A program made the position numbers and the translations under genes. A DNA stretch of 64,000 nt, taken from NCBI GenBank assembly GCA_964570365.1, contig CAZMXT010000002.1, forward strand, positions 57,752 through 121,751. Direction: 5' to 3'. The stretch's first letter is position 1. Each line of letters begins with the position of its first letter. The stretch is from an uncultured Pseudomonadales bacterium (GTDB lineage Bacteria > Patescibacteriota > Microgenomatia > UBA1400 > PJMF01). A model generated the notes under the pieces. It was not told where the DNA came from, made no database searches, and worked only from the letters and a program-made list of their open reading frames with translations. Positions 59,796 through 64,000 of the stretch are shown piece by piece.

Positions 59796-61055
59796 TTACT
59801 TCCTCACAAGCACAATCCCAAACGGCGTGGCTCGCCCTGGCCCAGCAAGATACTTGCCATTGACCATAAATGCGGTCGAACCACCGCTATCCAGGTTCAG
59901 AGCTGACTGCATGCCCAATGCTTTGAGCACTCTTGCAGTCTCCGCCACAGTCGCACCGCGAACTACACCAATGTACACACTGTTATCTTTGGACGCAATA
60001 AAGCTCCTCGATCCACGACTCCCTTTTTTGGGATCTCCATCCCCACCAAAAGTGACATTTCCTCCTGAGAGCAACATTGGCTGCCCTGCAATCACCGCAT
60101 CCACTCCAGTATCTCGACCCCACTCAGAGCTTTGGCCAACCAGCCTGGCTCCACCGCCACTAAAAATCATGGCCGGCACACTACTGTAGACGTTATTATC
60201 TGAGTTAAAGTACACTTTTTTCTTGTTCATTAAGAGCGTATCAAAAGAGTTGGTTTTACCAGCACAGCTTGGGTACTCGGCTGGACAAAAATACGGTCCG
60301 TTGATACCGGCAAAGCCACCGCTACGTGAGACAAAGTCAGAGAGTGAAGCAACCGGACACCCATCTCGACAGTCCCCCTCAGAGGCTGTTTCTACCTGAA
60401 CGCGAGTTGAGCCTAAGTCTGCACCTAAAATATCGACCATAAAGCTGCCCGCGTCGCTCTCTACAACTTGGCGTGAGTACCCGGCCGCAGGTGCAGTATT
60501 AGAGCTAGGAACGTTACTAGGAATCGGGGCGGCAGCTGTGGCTAACTGCGCTCGCAAAGTAGCAATATCTTGATTGAGCGTTCTGAGCGTCGCGCTACCA
60601 CTAGCATAGTTGCGCTTGCTCAGCTGGGTTAACACCAAACTAAACTGGGATTCCAGCTTCTGCGTCTTAGCAGCATCACCACGCAGCTCCAAAAGATCTT
60701 CGTAGGCGAGAAGTGCCTGGCTAAAAGTGGTTTCGATACTCTTAATATCGGCTTGGAGTTGAGAATTTTTGATTCGTTGGTCTTCGGTTTTGAGGGTCTC
60801 TAACTCGGCAGAAGCGCTACTCAGCTGAGCAGTCACCAGATCTAACTCGCTGGTTAATCTATCTCGGGCTGTCGTCACTCTGCCCTGATCGCCGATCAGC
60901 TGTTGGCGTTCTGCCTGCCACTGCAAAAAGTAGACTCTGGCAGCAATCGCCATACTGGCTACGCCAATCAGCAAAATACCAACTAACGGAAGCAAAGATG
61001 CTGTACGCAGCTTCACTAAAAAAGCTGAGTTAAGCTGGGGCAGGAACTTCTTCAC
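59796..61055 (-). CDS. secreted protein with N-terminal coiled coil and C-terminal phosphodiester-glycosidase-like (DUF2233) domain
   Basis: TM, long Q/L-rich coiled coil, C-terminal NLDSGGSTAF...GRATPFGIVL. Confidence 0.5.
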   Translation of the reverse strand: MKKFLPQLNSAFLVKLRTASLLPLVGILLIGVASMAIAARVYFLQWQAERQQLIGDQGRVTTARDRLTSELDLVTAQLSSASAELETLKTEDQRIKNSQLQADIKSIETTFSQALLAYEDLLELRGDAAKTQKLESQFSLVLTQLSKRNYASGSATLRTLNQDIATLRAQLATAAAPIPSNVPSSNTAPAAGYSRQVVESDAGSFMVDILGADLGSTRVQVETASEGDCRDGCPVASLSDFVSRSGGFAGINGPYFCPAEYPSCAGKTNSFDTLLMNKKKVYFNSDNNVYSSVPAMIFSGGGARLVGQSSEWGRDTGVDAVIAGQPMLLSGGNVTFGGDGDPKKGSRGSRSFIASKDNSVYIGVVRGATVAETARVLKALGMQSALNLDSGGSTAFMVNGKYLAGPGRATPFGIVLVRK

Positions 61056-61077
61056 TCCCTCAGTATAGCCTGATTTT

Positions 61078-62286
61078 TTAGATGAAAGTTAAGGCAATGC
61101 CTTTTTGGTTCGCACGACCAGTTCGACCAATCCGGTGGATATAGTCTTCGTAGGACTCTGGCAAATCATAGTTAATGACGTGAGTCACGTTATGAATGTC
61201 CAAACCTCTAGAAGCGATATCAGTAGCGAGTAACACTTTGACGCGGTTGCCCTTGAATTTCTCAATGGCGCGTTGGCGTTGACTCTGACTCTTGTTCCCG
61301 TGAATGGTTTCGACGTAGATGCCACGTTGGTCTAGCGTCTCAGCCAGTTTCTCAGTCCCACGCTTGGTGCGTAAGAAGATGAGCACTTTCTCAAACTCGA
61401 CTTGAACTAAGAGGTCATGAAGCACATCGATTTTCTCTTTGCCATTCATCCGGACGACGTCCTGATCAATGTTGGTAGAGGAGTCGCGGGTCTTCACAGA
61501 CACCTTGACTGGATCAGTCAAGAACTGACGCATAATCATCTGAGCATTGTCTGGTAAAGTCGCCGAGAAGAACATAGATTGGCGAGGCTGAGGCAAGATA
61601 GAAGTAATGTACTTCACATCTTGGATAAAGCCCATATCAAGCATCTGGTCAACTTCATCGAGCACAATGTTGTTGTAGTCAGAGAAGTAGAGAGAGCGAC
61701 GAGCTTCCAAGTCACGCAGTCTGCCTGGCGTACCAATCACAAAATCTGGACGGCGGCGTAAGGCTTGCTGCTGCTGATACATGCTCATACCACCAATACA
61801 GACGGCTGAGTAAATTCTCATACCTTGACTAAGTTGGCGAAGTTCCTGATCAATTTGGACGGCGAGCTCACGAGTCGGAGCCACGATTAAAACGCGCTCA
61901 TTTTGACTAGTAAAGACTTTTTGGATCAAAGGAATTAAAAAGGCAGCCGTTTTACCGGTACCAGTGTTAGCAATTCCAATCACATCCTTGCCATTTAAGA
62001 CGTGAGGGATGATCTGATCTTGAATCGTGGTGGTCACGGTATAGCCGTGAGAAGTGATGTTTCGTTCTAACTGTTGGTCAAGATTAAAACTCTGGAACGT
62101 ATTTTGCGATACGACAGGAGCTTCTACAGGCTCAATACTGGCCTTTTTGACAAACATGGATGGATCAAATGATTTACGTCGAGGGGCACCACCGCCACCG
62201 CCAAAACCACGACGACCTCCAAAACGACCACGTTGAGGAGAAGAAAAGCGAGAAGAAGAACCTCTCTGAGAGCTTTGTTTATACAT
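61078..62286 (-). CDS. DEAD-box ATP-dependent RNA helicase with N-terminal Arg/Gly-rich region
   Basis: Q motif, TGTGKTAAF, DEVD, SAT, HRIGRTGRA. Confidence 0.85.
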   Translation of the reverse strand: MYKQSSQRGSSSRFSSPQRGRFGGRRGFGGGGGAPRRKSFDPSMFVKKASIEPVEAPVVSQNTFQSFNLDQQLERNITSHGYTVTTTIQDQIIPHVLNGKDVIGIANTGTGKTAAFLIPLIQKVFTSQNERVLIVAPTRELAVQIDQELRQLSQGMRIYSAVCIGGMSMYQQQQALRRRPDFVIGTPGRLRDLEARRSLYFSDYNNIVLDEVDQMLDMGFIQDVKYITSILPQPRQSMFFSATLPDNAQMIMRQFLTDPVKVSVKTRDSSTNIDQDVVRMNGKEKIDVLHDLLVQVEFEKVLIFLRTKRGTEKLAETLDQRGIYVETIHGNKSQSQRQRAIEKFKGNRVKVLLATDIASRGLDIHNVTHVINYDLPESYEDYIHRIGRTGRANQKGIALTFI

Positions 62287-62501
62287 ACTTTTACTACACC
62301 TACTGTTAAGAGAAGGCGCTATCTGAAGAAAAAAAGAAACTGTCTAATTGAGAATTTTGCGAATCTACCCAAAAAAGAAGATATTAACTGAGGAATCTTA
62401 ATTTCAACAACTTGTTATGAAGGGAATTATACACCATTTTTGCCAAAAAGCAATTATTATGGGATTGATAATGTTTGGTGTAGTAGGTATAGGATCTGGA
62501 G

Positions 62502-62882
62502 CTAAAATTCACCATCCATCATCAGCAGCTGAGCAGGATTTTCGCTCTGGGCTGCTTTACTCAAGCCAGGAGTGCTCATAAAGTTGATCAATACAACCAA
62601 ACTTAGAATAATTACTACAATCGTAATTCCAATCATCACTAGCCCCGAGACTTTGGACGAGGAATCAGGCTTTCGCAAGTACTTCAGCCCCCAAAAAAGC
62701 CCTGCGGGAGGCAGCAAGGCGCTGGCTACGTATAACAAGGCTTGGGTTCCTACCGCGCTCTGGCTTGTTGTAGAGGCATGTAACTTGGTCCCACAGTTGT
62801 AGCAGTAAAAGTCGGTAATTCTGACGTCAACATGACAGTTGGGGCAGGTAAGCGAGCTTGGTAAAACTGGCGCAGTTTCCAT
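62502..62882 (-). CDS. zinc-ribbon membrane protein
   Basis: CPNC...CYNCG ribbon, then TM helices. Confidence 0.5.
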   Translation of the reverse strand: METAPVLPSSLTCPNCHVDVRITDFYCYNCGTKLHASTTSQSAVGTQALLYVASALLPPAGLFWGLKYLRKPDSSSKVSGLVMIGITIVVIILSLVVLINFMSTPGLSKAAQSENPAQLLMMDGEF

Positions 62883-62891
62883 CCATCCATT

Positions 62892-63908
62892 CTATAGCTC
62901 AAACTCGTTAAAGTCAGGCTGCACTAAGCGAGAGTGGAGATCCAGCGCTTCTATCAGTGCAATGTCTGCGGGCTGCATTGTCCAGTCTGCTGATCCAAAG
63001 CCATCTTTGATTCGCTCAGGCTTAGTGGAACGAGGGATCACGACAATGTTTTTGCTGATCAGCCAGTTGAGGATAATTTGCGCAGGTGAACGGTCATATT
63101 TTGCTGAGAGCTGCTGAATAATTTCTATAGATAGATCTTTGCCTTGAGCGATCGGCGAGTAGGCTGTAATCAAGATCTTGTGCTGATCACAAAAGGTTTT
63201 TAGCTCCTTTTGGTTCAGACTGGGGTGAAACTCAACTTGGTTGGTAGAAATCTTGACGCCAGTTTGGAGTGCTTGCTCTAGATGTTTGATGGTGAAGTTT
63301 GAGACACCAATTGAGCGAACTGTTCCAGCCTCTTTAAGCTCTTGGAGTGCTTCCAAGGTTTCTTCAACTGGGATCTCTTTATTTGGCCAGTGCATGAGCA
63401 TCAGGTCAAAGTACTCTGTCTGCAGCTCTTCCTGAAAACGCGCCACTGAAGCGAGCACATTGTCATGATGGAACTCAGTTCTCCATACTTTAGTGGTCAA
63501 AAAAAGCTCAGAGCGAGGAATACCGCTGCTTTGAATGGCTTTGCCAACTTCTTGGTGGTTCTGATACACATCTGCTGTATCTAGATGGCGGTAGCCGAGC
63601 TCTAAAGCAGTTTCCACGGATTGGCGCGCCTCTTCAGCTTTCAGTTGCCAGGTGCCAAAACCGATAACGGGGATTTCTACTCGTGGTTCTAGGGTGAATT
63701 TTTTCTTAGTAACTCCTTTTTTAAGTCTACTCCTTCTACAGCTATCTGCCGACGACGAATCACCAGCATACTTACAAACAGAATATTGATGATGACCAGG
63801 TAGACAGGCATCAGAGCGGTAACTATTGAAACGTTTGTGAGCGCAAAGAGGGTAATCACATACTTCACGCCACTCAAAACATAGGTGCTCAACAGCATGG
63901 CTATGCAA
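62892..63908 (-). CDS. aldo/keto reductase; N-terminal boundary unresolved
   Basis: AKR core from IPVIGFGTWQL (~63690) to the C-terminus; the upstream 70 codons have no credible start codon. They overlap a membrane ORF in another frame on the same strand. Confidence 0.7.
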   Translation of the reverse strand: MHSHAVEHLCFEWREVCDYPLCAHKRFNSYRSDACLPGHHQYSVCKYAGDSSSADSCRRSRLKKGVTKKKFTLEPRVEIPVIGFGTWQLKAEEARQSVETALELGYRHLDTADVYQNHQEVGKAIQSSGIPRSELFLTTKVWRTEFHHDNVLASVARFQEELQTEYFDLMLMHWPNKEIPVEETLEALQELKEAGTVRSIGVSNFTIKHLEQALQTGVKISTNQVEFHPSLNQKELKTFCDQHKILITAYSPIAQGKDLSIEIIQQLSAKYDRSPAQIILNWLISKNIVVIPRSTKPERIKDGFGSADWTMQPADIALIEALDLHSRLVQPDFNEFEL

Positions 63909-63991
63909 GCTCCCCCAAAACTAATCCAGTCCAAGAAAACGATATTTACCTTTCCCCTGCTTTTTAGCAAAGACAAAATAAGTATCACCAA
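63689..63991 (-). CDS. small two-TM membrane ORF, possibly the N-terminal anchor of the AKR
   Basis: Hydrophobic 100-aa ORF ending at the A6 run where the AKR frame begins; adding one A fuses the two frames. Confidence 0.3.
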   Translation of the reverse strand: MVILILSLLKSRGKVNIVFLDWISFGGACIAMLLSTYVLSGVKYVITLFALTNVSIVTALMPVYLVIINILFVSMLVIRRRQIAVEGVDLKKELLRKNSP

Positions 63992-64000
63992 ACAAATACC

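Noticed and set aside
63699-63720. Strong Shine-Dalgarno-like AAAAAAGGAG inside the AKR upstream region, suggesting a start there
   Set aside because: No ATG, GTG or TTG at a workable spacing in the AKR frame; the frameshift-fusion explanation fits better, but the start remains unresolved.
1-64000. CRISPR arrays, IS elements, integrases and phage genes
   Set aside because: No tandem direct repeats with spacers and no transposase- or integrase-like ORFs seen anywhere in the window.

Overview
Bacterial window of about 64 kb, very compact and gene-dense, with no rRNA, tRNA, CRISPR array or recognisable mobile element found by eye. The first 31 kb is one uninterrupted minus-strand block of the most conserved genes: rpoB-rpoC, a 221-aa hypothetical gene, the str operon (rpsL-rpsG-fusA-tuf), the S10, spc and alpha operons with secY-adk-map-infA-rpmJ, then rplM-rpsI. 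L30 (rpmD) is absent, since rpsE abuts rplO. Many r-proteins carry Lys/Ala/Glu-rich tails. Together with a short AlaS and Gram-positive-type wall genes (sortase, LCP), this points to a CPR/Saccharibacteria-like organism (inference only; standard genetic code with UGA stop). The 31-40 kb region holds housekeeping and envelope genes: mltG, ruvX, a sortase, a 745-aa FtsA/PilM-like membrane protein, alaS, DUF948/YtxH-like proteins, a rodZ-like gene and yqeY. The 40.7-43.6 kb region is a zur-znuACB zinc-uptake operon, and 43.6-48.9 kb holds a DipZ-like CcdA-thioredoxin protein, a fasciclin lipoprotein, sppA and a flavoprotein oxidoreductase. The 49-58 kb region is dense in two-component and stress genes: an OmpR-type regulator, two histidine kinases, three single-domain receivers, YtxH, GlsB, dgkA and LCP. 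The 58-64 kb region carries a PEP-utilising mobile-domain fragment, a small acidic ORF pair, an NADP oxidoreductase, a DUF2233-like protein, a DEAD-box helicase and an aldo-keto reductase. The main anomalies are: (i) a ~38-nt element conserved at the nucleotide level inside the C-terminal tails of three different r-protein genes; (ii) three loci where a short A/T homopolymer separates two ORFs that would form one sensible protein (a GAF-histidine kinase, a membrane anchor plus aldo-keto reductase, and a ~345-aa gene between infA and map); (iii) a gene inserted between rpoC and rpsL with its own promoter and terminator; (iv) a degenerate actin-fold membrane protein next to the sortase. Nothing here is clearly a self-contained novel system; these are the loci worth a second look.
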